Of a stretch of DNA of 54,017 bases, positions 28,742-39,893 are shown piece after piece. The stretch is from Candidatus Moraniibacteriota bacterium (GTDB lineage Bacteria; Patescibacteriota; Minisyncoccia; Moranbacterales; UBA1568), in the NCBI GenBank assembly GCA_903854995.1, contig CAINXS010000067.1, forward strand, positions 1 through 54,017. Reading direction: 5' to 3'. A program made the translations under genes and the position numbers. The notes under the pieces are model-generated. The model saw only the letters and a list, made by a program, of their open reading frames with translations. It ran no database searches and was not told the origin of the DNA. Each line of letters starts with the position of its first letter. Within the stretch, counting starts at the first letter, position 1.

Positions 28742-29288
28742 GCGAAATGTCGGTGTCGGTGAAGAGGCGGGAACGCTTTCGTTGGAAAATTCCGGGACGA
28801 TGAGAATGTTCCGATTCGCGTTCCTTTCCGCGATCGTGCTGGCGTCTCCTTTGGTGTTCTCGCAGCCGATTACCGGATCGTTCGTGAACGCGGCGCTTTT
28901 CCTGTCGGCAGCCTACTTCGGATTCCGGAAGGAATCGTTCGCGATAGCGGTCGTGCCGAGCGTGGTAGCTCTCGCGACGGGCCAGCTTCCCGTGGCGTTC
29001 GCCCCGCTCGTTCCGTTCATCATGACGGGCAACCTGCTGCTCGTTTATCTGGCCGCGCTCGGATTCGAAAAAGGGAGGAATTATTTCGTGACGGCGGCAT
29101 CCGCCGCAGTCGCGAAGTCCGCATTGCTGTTCGCGGTCGGCGTAACGTTCTCGGGGACGCTTTATAGCGGGACGGCCGTGGCCGGAAAGATGCTCACGAT
29201 GTTCGGCTGGCTCCAGCTCGCGACCGCGCTTGCCGGTGCTGCCATCGCTTTCGGTGTCTTGCGGATCCTTCGTCGGGAAGAGCGATAA
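28734..29288 (+). CDS. membrane protein, ECF-transporter S-component-like
   Basis: QPITGSFVNAALF, PFIMTGN, QLATALAG; about 5 TM helices; overlaps the hydrogenase stop. Confidence 0.6.
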   Translation: MNKRNVGVGEEAGTLSLENSGTMRMFRFAFLSAIVLASPLVFSQPITGSFVNAALFLSAAYFGFRKESFAIAVVPSVVALATGQLPVAFAPLVPFIMTGNLLLVYLAALGFEKGRNYFVTAASAAVAKSALLFAVGVTFSGTLYSGTAVAGKMLTMFGWLQLATALAGAAIAFGVLRILRREER

Positions 29289-29292
29289 CCGT

Positions 29293-29688
29293 ATGGACCA
29301 ATTTTCCTGGTATGCGTCTCTGGTGAAGCCTTCGTGGGCGCCGCCCGCGTGGTTGTTCGGTCCGGCCTGGACCGTACTATATGTTCTTATCGCGGTTTCA
29401 TTCGGAAACGTCGCGCGCCTTTTCTTCAACGGGAAGATTCCGTTTATTATCGTGCTGCCGTTCGCGCTGAACCTCGTTTTCAATTTCGCGTTCTCGCCGA
29501 TCCAGTTCGGGATGCGGAACAACGTTCTTGCTGCCGTTGATATTCTCTTATTGCTCATGACTCTTGTCTGGGCGTTGATAGCGATCTGGCCGTATGCCCG
29601 GTGGGTCACGCTCATGAATATCCCGTATCTTTGTTGGGTCCTGTTCGCGACCGCACTCCAGCTGACCGTGACGGCGATGAACCGGTAA
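29293..29688 (+). CDS. tspO: TspO/MBR tryptophan-rich sensory protein
   Basis: WYASLVKPSWAPPAWLFGPAWTVLY, PYLCWVLFA. Confidence 0.93.
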   Translation: MDQFSWYASLVKPSWAPPAWLFGPAWTVLYVLIAVSFGNVARLFFNGKIPFIIVLPFALNLVFNFAFSPIQFGMRNNVLAAVDILLLLMTLVWALIAIWPYARWVTLMNIPYLCWVLFATALQLTVTAMNR

Positions 29689-29787
29689 GGATGGGAATAT
29701 TGGTTTTTTTGACGATTGACGTACGCCTCCTTTCCTGCTAGAAAGGAGGCAATTTCAGTCTTACTTAACAATCAGCCCCAATATGCG

Positions 29788-30738
29788 ATGCAACATCAGA
29801 CGGCTTCTATTTCGGGTAAAGAGGGAGGCTTGCCTTCTTCGGAACTGCTTTCACGCACCATCGAATCGCTTAAGTTTTTTTCTGAGCGGCACGGGCTTAC
29901 ACCGACAGAAAGCGACTCAATCGCAGCTCTTATCAAAAACTCGTATCTTTCCGAAACCGGATTCAGTGTTTCCGATAAACACTTTCTGCCGCATTCCGAA
30001 ATCGCGAGAGAGCTTATCGATTCCTTGTTAGGCAAGATGGTGACCTTGTCAAAAGTGATCGGACTGGACTATCTGCGGCTGGCGATCTCAAGCGGAAAGA
30101 GGATTATCATCGCTTTCAATCACATCAGCCATACCGATGCCTTGCTTGTGCGTTACCTGCTTGTTCATGCCGGGTTTACCGATGATGAGATACTTTGGGT
30201 CGCCGGGCATAAGGTTTGGGAACTGCCGGAAGTGAGGGCGTATTCCAGGTGCGTTCCGATGTTTACCATCTACTCTGACAAGTACAAGTCGGAGGAAAAA
30301 AGGAACCAAAACGAAGCCGAATATCTACGGATGATGAGGCACAACGCGGGAACGCTCCGTGAGATAGCGACAACCGAAGGTTTGATAGGTTATTTCCCCG
30401 GCGGGAGGCGTGATGATTCCGAAGATATTCCGAACCTCTCGGGAGATCCTGAATCGGTGAAACTTCTCGAGATGGTGAGTGCCGGTTCCAAAAAAGGCTT
30501 ACTCATAATTCCGGCGCGACACTTCGGAAGCGGACACATCCTTGATCAAAGCAGCGATAAGGCATCGAATGATTTTCTTCGGTATACGAACAGCGGCCCG
30601 GCCAGTCTGGTTTTCGGTAAACCGATAGAATGGGCCGATATCTGGCCTGTCGACATAAGAAAAGAGGGAAAGCCCGCTGCGCGTATCACGACCGTCCGTC
30701 ACGTAATGGGGCTCATCGCGGCACTGGAAGCCGTATGA
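29788..30738 (+). CDS. glycerol-3-phosphate/lysophospholipid acyltransferase family protein
   Basis: HX4D motif (FNHISHTD), VAGHKV, IYSDKY, YFPGGRRD. Confidence 0.7.
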   Translation: MQHQTASISGKEGGLPSSELLSRTIESLKFFSERHGLTPTESDSIAALIKNSYLSETGFSVSDKHFLPHSEIARELIDSLLGKMVTLSKVIGLDYLRLAISSGKRIIIAFNHISHTDALLVRYLLVHAGFTDDEILWVAGHKVWELPEVRAYSRCVPMFTIYSDKYKSEEKRNQNEAEYLRMMRHNAGTLREIATTEGLIGYFPGGRRDDSEDIPNLSGDPESVKLLEMVSAGSKKGLLIIPARHFGSGHILDQSSDKASNDFLRYTNSGPASLVFGKPIEWADIWPVDIRKEGKPAARITTVRHVMGLIAALEAV

Positions 30739-30803
30739 GATGTGACAGTTTCAGAAATCAGCTCCGGAATCCCCATTCCGGAGTTAAAACTTTCTATACG
30801 AAA

Positions 30804-30827
30804 CCCCGCCCTTCGCGAAGGGCGGGG
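30804..30827. terminator. palindromic hairpin between convergent genes
   Basis: Perfect 24-bp palindrome CCCCGCCCTTCGCGAAGGGCGGGG. Confidence 0.65.
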
Positions 30828-30863
30828 CGGGGTGCTTCAAATCGATTTCCTTTACTCGCTTGG

Positions 30864-31046
30864 CTATTTCGTCGCCGCCTGCTTGGCGAGCGTCTTGATG
30901 GCCTTGGCGGAGAGGCGGACGCGCTTGCCGTCCACTACTTTCGTCTGGAGGTTCACCGCGAATTTCCGCTTGGTGGCGATATTGGAATGGCTTCGGGAGT
31001 TACCGGAACGGGTCCCACGGCCGGTCAGCTGACACACTCGGCTCAT
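30864..31046 (-). CDS. rpmB: 50S ribosomal protein bL28
   Basis: MSRVCQLTG...[20 protein letters not shown]. Confidence 0.97.
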   Translation of the reverse strand: MSRVCQLTGRGTRSGNSRSHSNIATKRKFAVNLQTKVVDGKRVRLSAKAIKTLAKQAATK

Positions 31047-31154
31047 AGTCGGGGTCTTGAGATATTACAGGGGCTACGGTATCATGGGAATCGGTTCCTG
31101 GCAAGAGGCGGTGAGTAATTTCGACTTTTAACTTTCGACTCGCGACTTCTGCTT

Positions 31155-31877
31155 ATGGCGAACGAACTCGTTTTGGTCGGCTTCTATTTCCTGACGCTCA
31201 TCTATTCGATCATCATCCACGAAGTGTCGCACGGATGGATGGCTCTGTGGCTCGGGGACCTGACGGCGAAGTATGCCGGTCGCCTCGACCTGAATCCGAT
31301 CAAGCACATCGATCCGATCGGCTCCATCGTGGTTCCCATCACGCTGTTTTTCCTGACGGGGATGTCGTTCGGCTGGGCAAAACCCGTCCCATACAATCCG
31401 TACAACCTGAGGAACCAGAAGTGGGGTCCGGCACTCGTCGCCCTTGCGGGACCGCTTTCGAACATAGTACTCGCCACCTTGGCTATCGCGGTCGGACGTA
31501 TGTTGCCGATCAGTCTGGTCGAGCGTCGCGACGTGTTCGCCCATTTTGCAGGCGTACTGTCGGGGCAAGGGGGATTTCTCGACCGATGGGCCGGATTTTC
31601 CGACGCGCTGTCCGGTTCGATCCCGCATGTCGTGTTCGGGCTTTGTCTTCTGGTCGTTTTCTGGAACGTGTTGCTCGCTTTCTTCAATCTGATCCCGATT
31701 CCGCCCCTGGACGGTTCGAAAATCCTCTATGCAACATTTTCGTTCCGTCCGGAAACCGTCATGTTTCTGGAGCGGTACAGCTTTTTGCTCCTGGTGCTCG
31801 TCCTGTTCCTGTTTCCGGCACCGATATCCTTCGTTCTCGATACCGCGCTCGGTTTCTTCTTCGGCCTGGCGGTATAG
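31155..31877 (+). CDS. site-2 protease (M50) family protein
   Basis: HEVSH, HIDPIG, FGWAKPVP, FNLIPIPPLDGSK. Confidence 0.95.
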   Translation: MANELVLVGFYFLTLIYSIIIHEVSHGWMALWLGDLTAKYAGRLDLNPIKHIDPIGSIVVPITLFFLTGMSFGWAKPVPYNPYNLRNQKWGPALVALAGPLSNIVLATLAIAVGRMLPISLVERRDVFAHFAGVLSGQGGFLDRWAGFSDALSGSIPHVVFGLCLLVVFWNVLLAFFNLIPIPPLDGSKILYATFSFRPETVMFLERYSFLLLVLVLFLFPAPISFVLDTALGFFFGLAV

Positions 31878-31901
31878 GATTCCGGTCCGAGAACGGCGCT
31901 G

Positions 31902-31930
31902 TTGACAAGTTTCTCGCTTTCCCTTACCAT
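31902..31930 (+). promoter_or_regulatory. str operon promoter
   Basis: TTGACA-17-TACCAT. Confidence 0.75.
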
Positions 31931-31974
31931 GTTTTCACAGCGTGACAACTCGCTTTTCATTTTGTTTCACCGCA

Positions 31975-32397
31975 ATGGCAACGATCAATCAGCTCGTCAA
32001 GCGTCCGAGGAAGACATCCGCGAAGAAGTCCAAGTCTCCGGCGATGACGTTCATCCAGAACACCATTCATAACCGGAAGACCCTGACGCAGAGCCCGTTC
32101 AAGCGCGGTGTCTGCACCAAGGTGACGACGGTCACCCCGAAGAAACCGAACTCCGCTCTCCGCAAGATCGCCCGTGTCCGGCTCACGAACGGAATGGAAG
32201 TCTCGGCATATATCCCGGGAGAGGGGCACAATCTTCAGGAGCACTCGATCGTGATGATTCGCGGCGGCCGTGTGAAGGATCTTCCGGGTGTGCGGTATCA
32301 TATCGTCCGCGGCGTGCTCGACTCGGCCGGCGTGGCGAAGCGGAACAGGAGCCGATCGAAGTACGGAGCGAAGCGCCCGAAGGCGGCGAAGGAATAA
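31975..32397 (+). CDS. rpsL: 30S ribosomal protein uS12
   Basis: [28 protein letters not shown]. Confidence 0.99.
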   Translation: MATINQLVKRPRKTSAKKSKSPAMTFIQNTIHNRKTLTQSPFKRGVCTKVTTVTPKKPNSALRKIARVRLTNGMEVSAYIPGEGHNLQEHSIVMIRGGRVKDLPGVRYHIVRGVLDSAGVAKRNRSRSKYGAKRPKAAKE

Positions 32398-32398
32398 T

Positions 32399-32521
32399 AC
32401 TCAACTAACAACCAACAACGAACAACCAACAACCCAGAGCGAACAAACGGAGACATACCATGTCTGAAGATCGGAACGACATGTTCCCCGTTGTAAGTTG
32501 TAAGTTGTAAGTTGTAAGTTG
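32399..32521. repeat. paired inverted heptamer arrays (CAACnAA-type, then GTTGTAA x4)
   Basis: 32402-32434 CAACTAA-CAACCAA-CAACGAA-CAACCAA-CAACC; 32490-32521 (GTTGTAA)4GTTG. Confidence 0.9.
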
Positions 32522-32529
32522 CGCAGCAT

Positions 32530-32997
32530 ATGCCACGAAGGAAACGGCAATACGACAAGACCTGGAAATCGGATTCGAAGTACGACAGCCCGCTCGTCGG
32601 TCATTTCATCGGTCTCATCATGTGGGACGGGAAGAAGAGTGTGGCCGAGAAGATCGTGTACGACGCGTTCGATATCATCCACGAGCGGACGAAAAAGGGC
32701 GGTCTGAACATTTTCGAACAGGCGATCAAGAACATCTCCCCCTTGCTCGAGCTCAAGAGCCGACGCGTCGGAGGCGCGAACTATCAGGTGCCGATTCCGG
32801 TGTCCGGAGACCGTCGCCAGACGCTCGCGATGCGATGGATCCGCGAGGCCTGCCGCAAGCGCAAGGGAAAGCCGATGGCCGAGCGGTTGGCGGACGAACT
32901 CATCGAGGCTTCGAACAAGGCGGGTGTCGCCATGAAGAAGCGCGACGAGGTGCATCGCATGGCCGATGCCAACAAGGCGTTCGCGCACTTCGCCTAA
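32530..32997 (+). CDS. rpsG: 30S ribosomal protein uS7
   Basis: [34 protein letters not shown]. Confidence 0.99.
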   Translation: MPRRKRQYDKTWKSDSKYDSPLVGHFIGLIMWDGKKSVAEKIVYDAFDIIHERTKKGGLNIFEQAIKNISPLLELKSRRVGGANYQVPIPVSGDRRQTLAMRWIREACRKRKGKPMAERLADELIEASNKAGVAMKKRDEVHRMADANKAFAHFA

Positions 32998-33148
32998 CCA
33001 GATCATTTCCGGAGGGCGCCGCGGGGCGGCCGGACGAGAAGGGGAGCCTTGTGCGGCCTCTTCTCGTTTTTATACGGAAGCATCGTCGGCATCCTCCCGT
33101 TCCCTTTTTTTATCTCATCGACTAACAAAACCGTTAACCTTTCGTCCT

Positions 33149-35257
33149 ATGGCCCGTCTCAAGCCTATCGAGAAGATTCGTAATATCGGTATTATCGCGC
33201 ATATCGACGCGGGAAAGACGACGACGACGGAACGCGTCCTTTTCTATACCGGCATCACGCACAAGATCGGAGAGGTGCATGAGGGCGAGGCGACCATGGA
33301 CTGGATGGAACAGGAGCGAGAGCGCGGCATTACGATCACCAGCGCCGCGACGACCTGTTTTTGGAAGGACCATCAGATCAACATCATCGATACCCCGGGG
33401 CACGTCGACTTCACCGTGGAGGTGGAGCGTTCTTTGCGCGTCCTCGACGGCGGAGTGGTCGTCTTCGACGGCAAGGAGGGCGTGGAGCCGCAGTCCGAGA
33501 CCGTGTGGCGCCAGGCGGAGAAGTACAAGGTGCCGCGCATGTGCTTCATCAACAAGATCGACAAGGAGGGTGCCGATTTCACCGTGGCGCTCGAATCCAT
33601 CTGGAACCGGCTTACGCCGCACGCGGTCGCGATGCAGATCCCGATGGGGGAGCGCGGGGATTTCTACGGCGTCGTCGACCTTCTCAAGATGAAAGGGTAT
33701 ACCTTCGACGGCCCGATGGGCGAAATCGTGATCGAAGGCGAGATTCCGGCGGAACTGGCCGACAAGGCAAAAGAATGGCGCGAAAGACTCGTGGAGAAGG
33801 TCGCCGAGACCGACGACGCGCTCACCGAAAAGTTCCTCGGCGGCGAGGAGATTTCCGTCGACGAACTCAAGGCGGCAATTCGCAAGGCCGTCATCGCGAC
33901 GCGTCTCGTGCCGGTCTACACCGGAACGGCGCTTCGCAACAAGGGCGTGCAGCTCGTGCTCGACGCGGTCGTGGATTTCCTCCCGTCTCCGATAGACGTT
34001 CCGCCGATGGCCGGCGAGGACGTGAAGACCGGTGAGGCGATGACACGCAAGCCGAGCGACGACGAACCGTTTTCCGCGCTCGCGTTCAAGATCGCGACCG
34101 ATCCGTTCATTGGACAGCTGACGTTCTTCCGCGTGTATTCCGGCTCTCTCAAGACGGGAAGCTATGTGCTCAACGCCTCCAAGGGGGAGCGGGAGCGTGT
34201 CGGACGCATCGTCCGGATGCATGCGAGCCATCGTGAGGAGATCGAGGACATCTACGCGGGCGACATCGGCGCGCTCGTCGGCATGAAGGCGACGACGACC
34301 GGCGATACGCTCTGTGACGTCGATCATCCGGTACTGCTCGAATCGATCACCTTTCCGGAGCCGGTCATCGACATTGCCATCGAACCGAAGACCAAGGCTG
34401 ACCAGGAAAAAATGGGCGTCGCGCTCAAGAAGCTCGCCGAGGAGGATCCGACCTTCCGCGTGCATACCGACGAGGAGAGCGGCCAGACCATCCTTTCCGG
34501 TATGGGCGAACTGCACCTCGACATCATCGTCGATCGCATGAAACGGGAATTCAAGGTCGAAGTGAACGTCGGCCGTCCGCAGGTGGCATACCGTGAGACG
34601 ATCCGCGAGACCGCCCAGGCGGAAGGGAAATATATCCGTCAGTCCGGCGGTCGCGGTCAGTACGGTCATTGCTGGCTCCGCGTCGAGCCGCTTGAGACCG
34701 GCAAGGGCTACGAGTTCGAGGACGAGATCAAGGGAGGTGTCATTCCGGGAGAGTTCATCAAGCCGATCAACCGCGGAGCGTTCGAGGCGGCCTAGTCCGG
34801 CGTGCTTGCCGGGTACCCGATGGTCGACGTGAAGGTCGTCGTCTACGACGGATCCTTCCACGATGTCGACTCTTCGGAAGCGGCCTTCAAGATCGCGGGC
34901 TCCATGGCGTTCAAGGAAGCGACCCGCCGCGCGAAGCCGGTCATTCTCGAACCGATCATGAACGTCATCGTCATCACTCCGGAAGCGTTCATGGGCGATA
35001 TCGTGGGAGATATCAATTCGAAGCGCGGCATGATCAAGGAGATGACCGACCGTGGGGAAGGGAACGCCCGCGTGAAGGAAATTCATGCCGATGTGCCGCT
35101 CGCCTCGATGTTCGGATACGCGACGCAGCTCCGGTCCATGTCCCAGGGACGGTCGAACTATTCCATGGAATTCGGCCATTATGCCGAGGTTCCGACGAAT
35201 ATCGCGACCGAGATCATCGGGAGCCGGCAGGGGGTCGTCGGGAAGCGGGTGGAATAG
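33149..35257 (+). CDS. fusA: elongation factor G, interrupted by an in-frame TAG at 34793-34795
   Basis: [35 protein letters not shown]; the same frame continues SGVLAGYP...[11 protein letters not shown]...LEPIM after the TAG. Confidence 0.95.
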
Positions 35258-35280
35258 GAACGTCGACGATATTCCCGCGC

Positions 35281-35309
35281 TTGACACGTCGGAATATTGT
35301 TGGTACGAT
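35281..35309 (+). promoter_or_regulatory. tuf promoter
   Basis: TTGACA-17-TACGAT with TGn extension. Confidence 0.8.
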
Positions 35310-35441
35310 TCCCATTGATGTCCTCTTCCGACCGCATGCGGCCGGTAATGACGGTTTTCATCAGCTAAAAAAATAATTCATTAGTTTCAGGATTGTGCGG
35401 TCGAGGCGTATGCGCTTCCCCGACGCGGTCCCAAAATTCGT

Positions 35442-36635
<1,194 letters not shown>

Positions 36636-36717
36636 TCTCGACGGTTCATGGAATCGCGCGGGCGGAACCGCTTCCGCCCGCAACCATTCCCTGAATGTAA
36701 TCCCAAGGATCACGGCA

Positions 36718-37053
36718 ATGGCAAAAGCAAAGAAAACGACGAATGAATCCGAGTCCCGGATGCGCGTGAAGATCAAGGCGTACGATCACAAGGTCATCGA
36801 CCAGTCGGCCCGAAAGATCGTCGAGACGGCGGAGCGCAGCGGCGCCACGGTCGTCGGACCGGTACCGCTCCCGACCGAGATTCACAAGGTGACGGTCAAT
36901 CGATCGACGTTCGTGCACAAGAACTCGCGAGACCAGTATGAGATGCGGGTGCACAAACGGCTTATCGATGTCGTGAACCCGACGCCGAAGACCATTGACC
37001 TCATGACGAACCTCGATCTCCCGACCGGAGTCGACGTGGAAATAAAAATGTAG
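36718..37053 (+). CDS. rpsJ: 30S ribosomal protein uS10
   Basis: [28 protein letters not shown]. Confidence 0.98.
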   Translation: MAKAKKTTNESESRMRVKIKAYDHKVIDQSARKIVETAERSGATVVGPVPLPTEIHKVTVNRSTFVHKNSRDQYEMRVHKRLIDVVNPTPKTIDLMTNLDLPTGVDVEIKM

Positions 37054-37224
37054 ATTCACTCGTTAAAGTCCTTTCGCCCGTCGTTTCGCGGGGCGTTGTG
37101 GTCAGGCCGATGGTGGCCCGTCCGCATCGCTACGTGAATCGTCGCTGGCGGGGATACTGAACGGGCCAGGCGCGAGAGCGGTTTGGCTGGGAAACCGGCT
37201 TTTTGTTTTACCAGAGAAAACGGT

Positions 37225-37845
37225 ATGAAATTCATCATCGGGAAGAAACTCGGAATGACCTCGCTCCACGAAGGTCTGACCTCGGAGAACGTGACGGTCA
37301 TCACGTGCGGACCGAATACGGTATCGCAGGTCCGGACGGTCGAGAAGGACGGCTATGCCGCGGTCCAGGTGGAGACGGACAAGACGTCGCGCCGAAAGGT
37401 CCGAAAGGAGTTCCGACCGCCTTTCTTCGCGAAGGGGAAGGATGAGGCGGGTGCCGAAGCTTTTTTGGGGGAGGTGAAGGTCGGTGATACGCTCAGCGTC
37501 AGCACGTTTGAGGTCGGCGATATCGTCGATATCTCCGGAGTCACCAAGGCGAAGGGTTTCCAGGGTGTCGTGAAGCGACACGGATTTGCGGGTGCGCCGG
37601 CGAGCCATGGACGCAAGCATGATATGCGTAAGCCCGGTTCCATCGGTGCGACGTTTCCAGAGCATGTCGTGAAGGGTCGCCGGATGGCTGGGCGGATGGG
37701 CGGCGAGAATTTCACGGTTCGCGGTCTCCGGGTGGTCCTGGTTGACGCGGAGAAGAACCTTATTGCGGTACGCGGCGCGGTTCCCGGAAACAACGGAGGC
37801 GTCGTCGGTATCCGCGGACTCGGTCAGAAAGTCGGTAAGGCGTAA
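37225..37845 (+). CDS. rplC: 50S ribosomal protein uL3
   Basis: GKKLGMT, DGYAAVQ, KGFQGVVKRH, GRRMAGRMG. Confidence 0.98.
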   Translation: MKFIIGKKLGMTSLHEGLTSENVTVITCGPNTVSQVRTVEKDGYAAVQVETDKTSRRKVRKEFRPPFFAKGKDEAGAEAFLGEVKVGDTLSVSTFEVGDIVDISGVTKAKGFQGVVKRHGFAGAPASHGRKHDMRKPGSIGATFPEHVVKGRRMAGRMGGENFTVRGLRVVLVDAEKNLIAVRGAVPGNNGGVVGIRGLGQKVGKA

Positions 37846-37877
37846 CCCAGGGCAATCCAGAACTCACAGGAACGATT

Positions 37878-38537
37878 ATGATCAAGGCTCCGCTCTACAA
37901 CGTGAAAGGCGAGAAGACAGGGGAAATCGAACTCCCCGAAGCCGTGTTCGCCGTGCCGAGTAACGACACGTTGCTCCATCAGGTCTACGTGGCCATTTCG
38001 GCGAATCTTCGTTCCCCGATCGCCCATACGAAGGACCGTGCGGAGCGCGCCGGTTCCGGAAAGAAGCCGTGGAGGCAGAAGGGGACCGGTCGTGCCCGTA
38101 TCGGACAGGTCCGCGCTCCTCACTGGCGGAAAGGCGGTATCGTGTTCGGTCCGACGAAGGATCGGAATTTTTCCAAGGAGGCGAACAGAAAGATGCGCCA
38201 GAAGGCGCTTCGTATCGCCCTCTCAGAGAAACTTCGCGGAGACAAGGTCCGGTTCGTGGAGGGATTCGCGTTTGAAGATCGGAAGACGAAGTCGTTTTCG
38301 GCGCTGCTGGCCGGTCTCGGTATCGGTGCCGGGAAACGGACGCTCGTCGGGTTCGCCCGTGAAGAACGGGAGACGGAACGGATGAGTCGAAATATCGATC
38401 GCGTCGAGAACGTGCTTTCCGAGAACATGAGCGTATACGATCTGCTCCAGAGCGAATACCTTGTCGTCACGAAACAGTCGGTCGCGATGTTCGCGGAGCG
38501 CTTTTCCGGGAAGGAAGAGACGTCGGTCAAGAACTAG
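37878..38537 (+). CDS. rplD: 50S ribosomal protein uL4
   Basis: KPWRQKGTGRAR, WRKGGIVFGP. Confidence 0.98.
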   Translation: MIKAPLYNVKGEKTGEIELPEAVFAVPSNDTLLHQVYVAISANLRSPIAHTKDRAERAGSGKKPWRQKGTGRARIGQVRAPHWRKGGIVFGPTKDRNFSKEANRKMRQKALRIALSEKLRGDKVRFVEGFAFEDRKTKSFSALLAGLGIGAGKRTLVGFAREERETERMSRNIDRVENVLSENMSVYDLLQSEYLVVTKQSVAMFAERFSGKEETSVKN

Positions 38538-38546
38538 GAAACGAAT

Positions 38547-38912
38547 ATGGCACTCATCAAGAAAGACGCGATAAGGAAAGCGGTGAAGCGCGAGGCTCCG
38601 AAAGGCGGGGACACGCTTCAGGGACAGTCGCACGCCGGGCGTGTCCTGTTGTCCGCCCGCATGACGGAGAAGGCGTATGTCCTGAACTCGCTCAACCAGT
38701 ACGTGTTCCGGGTCGCGAAGGATGCCACGAAGGAAGACGTGAAACGGGCGGTCGGGGTCGCCTACGGCGTTCATGCGGAAAAGGTCCGGATGATCAACGT
38801 TTCGGCTCGGAAGAGGGCTTTCGGACGGACGGTCGGAACCACGTCGGGAATGAAGAAAGCGATCGTCACGCTGCCGAAGGGCGAAGAGATCGTCCTGTTC
38901 AAGGGAGCCTAG
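38547..38912 (+). CDS. rplW: 50S ribosomal protein uL23
   Basis: TEKA...NQYVFRV...ATK, KKAIVTL. Confidence 0.95.
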   Translation: MALIKKDAIRKAVKREAPKGGDTLQGQSHAGRVLLSARMTEKAYVLNSLNQYVFRVAKDATKEDVKRAVGVAYGVHAEKVRMINVSARKRAFGRTVGTTSGMKKAIVTLPKGEEIVLFKGA

Positions 38913-38937
38913 CACGCAACACTAGAATCGAACGAAT

Positions 38938-39771
38938 ATGGCCATCAGGATCTACAAGAAGAACCACGCGGGACGCCGCTTCATGACTATCGTGAAGCCG
39001 GACCAGGTGACGCCGGGCGCGAAGTCCGAGAAGTCGCTCATGCGTCCGATCAAGCAGCTCGCCGGTCGCGGCGGAGGGAAGATCTCCGTCCGTCATCAGG
39101 GGGGCGGGCACAAACGCGCGTATCGTCTCATCGATTTCCGCCAGGACAAGCATGGTATTCCGGCGAAAATCGCGCAGATCGAACGCGATCCGAACCGGTC
39201 GGCGCTTATCGCGCTCCTCAATTTCGCGGACGGAGAGAAGCGCTATATCCTCGCGACATCCGGCATGAAGGTCGGTCAGCAGATCCTGTCCGGGCCGGAG
39301 GCGCCGGTCGCGGAAGGGAACCGACTCCGTATCAACGACATCCCTGCGGGAACGGTCATCTGCAACATCGAGATGAAGATCGGCCGAGGCGGGCAGATCG
39401 TCCGGAGTGCCGGAACGAGCGCGACCCTGATGGCTCTCGAGGGAGGAATGGCACAGGTGAAGCTGACATCCGGCGAGGTCCGGCTCGTGTCCAAGGAATG
39501 CTACGCGACCATCGGACAAGTGAGCAACTTCGAACACGGTGTCGAACGGATCGGTAAGGCGGGACGCAACCGCTGGAAGGGCATCCGCCCGTCGGTCCGC
39601 GGAACGGTTATGAACCCGGTCGACCATCCGCACGGAGGAGGAGAAGGTTGTCAGCCGATCGGTCTCAAGGGGCCGAAGACGCCGTGGGGTAAGCCGGCTC
39701 TCGGCAAGAAGACCCGCAAGCGCAAGAAGGCGAGCAACAAGTACATCGTGAAACGTCGGGCGAAGAAGTAA
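38938..39771 (+). CDS. rplB: 50S ribosomal protein uL2
   Basis: [28 protein letters not shown]. Confidence 0.99.
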   Translation: MAIRIYKKNHAGRRFMTIVKPDQVTPGAKSEKSLMRPIKQLAGRGGGKISVRHQGGGHKRAYRLIDFRQDKHGIPAKIAQIERDPNRSALIALLNFADGEKRYILATSGMKVGQQILSGPEAPVAEGNRLRINDIPAGTVICNIEMKIGRGGQIVRSAGTSATLMALEGGMAQVKLTSGEVRLVSKECYATIGQVSNFEHGVERIGKAGRNRWKGIRPSVRGTVMNPVDHPHGGGEGCQPIGLKGPKTPWGKPALGKKTRKRKKASNKYIVKRRAKK

Positions 39772-39782
39772 TCTGCCAGTGG

Positions 39783-39881
39783 ACTCACAACTGACGACTC
39801 ACAACTTATAACCAACCAGGAACGGGAACGAAGGAGTTGTTTGTAGGGTCGTAAAAAGTTGTATGTTGTAAGTTGTAAGTT
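39783..39881. repeat. paired inverted heptamer arrays
   Basis: ACTCACA-ACTGACG-ACTCACA-ACTTATA, then GTTGTAT-GTTGTAA-GTTGTAA-GT. Confidence 0.8.
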
Positions 39882-39893
39882 TAGAGAAACGAT

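Noticed and set aside
32399-32521. Heptamer arrays as a CRISPR array
   Set aside because: Units are 7-9 nt in tandem with no unique spacers, and there are no cas genes
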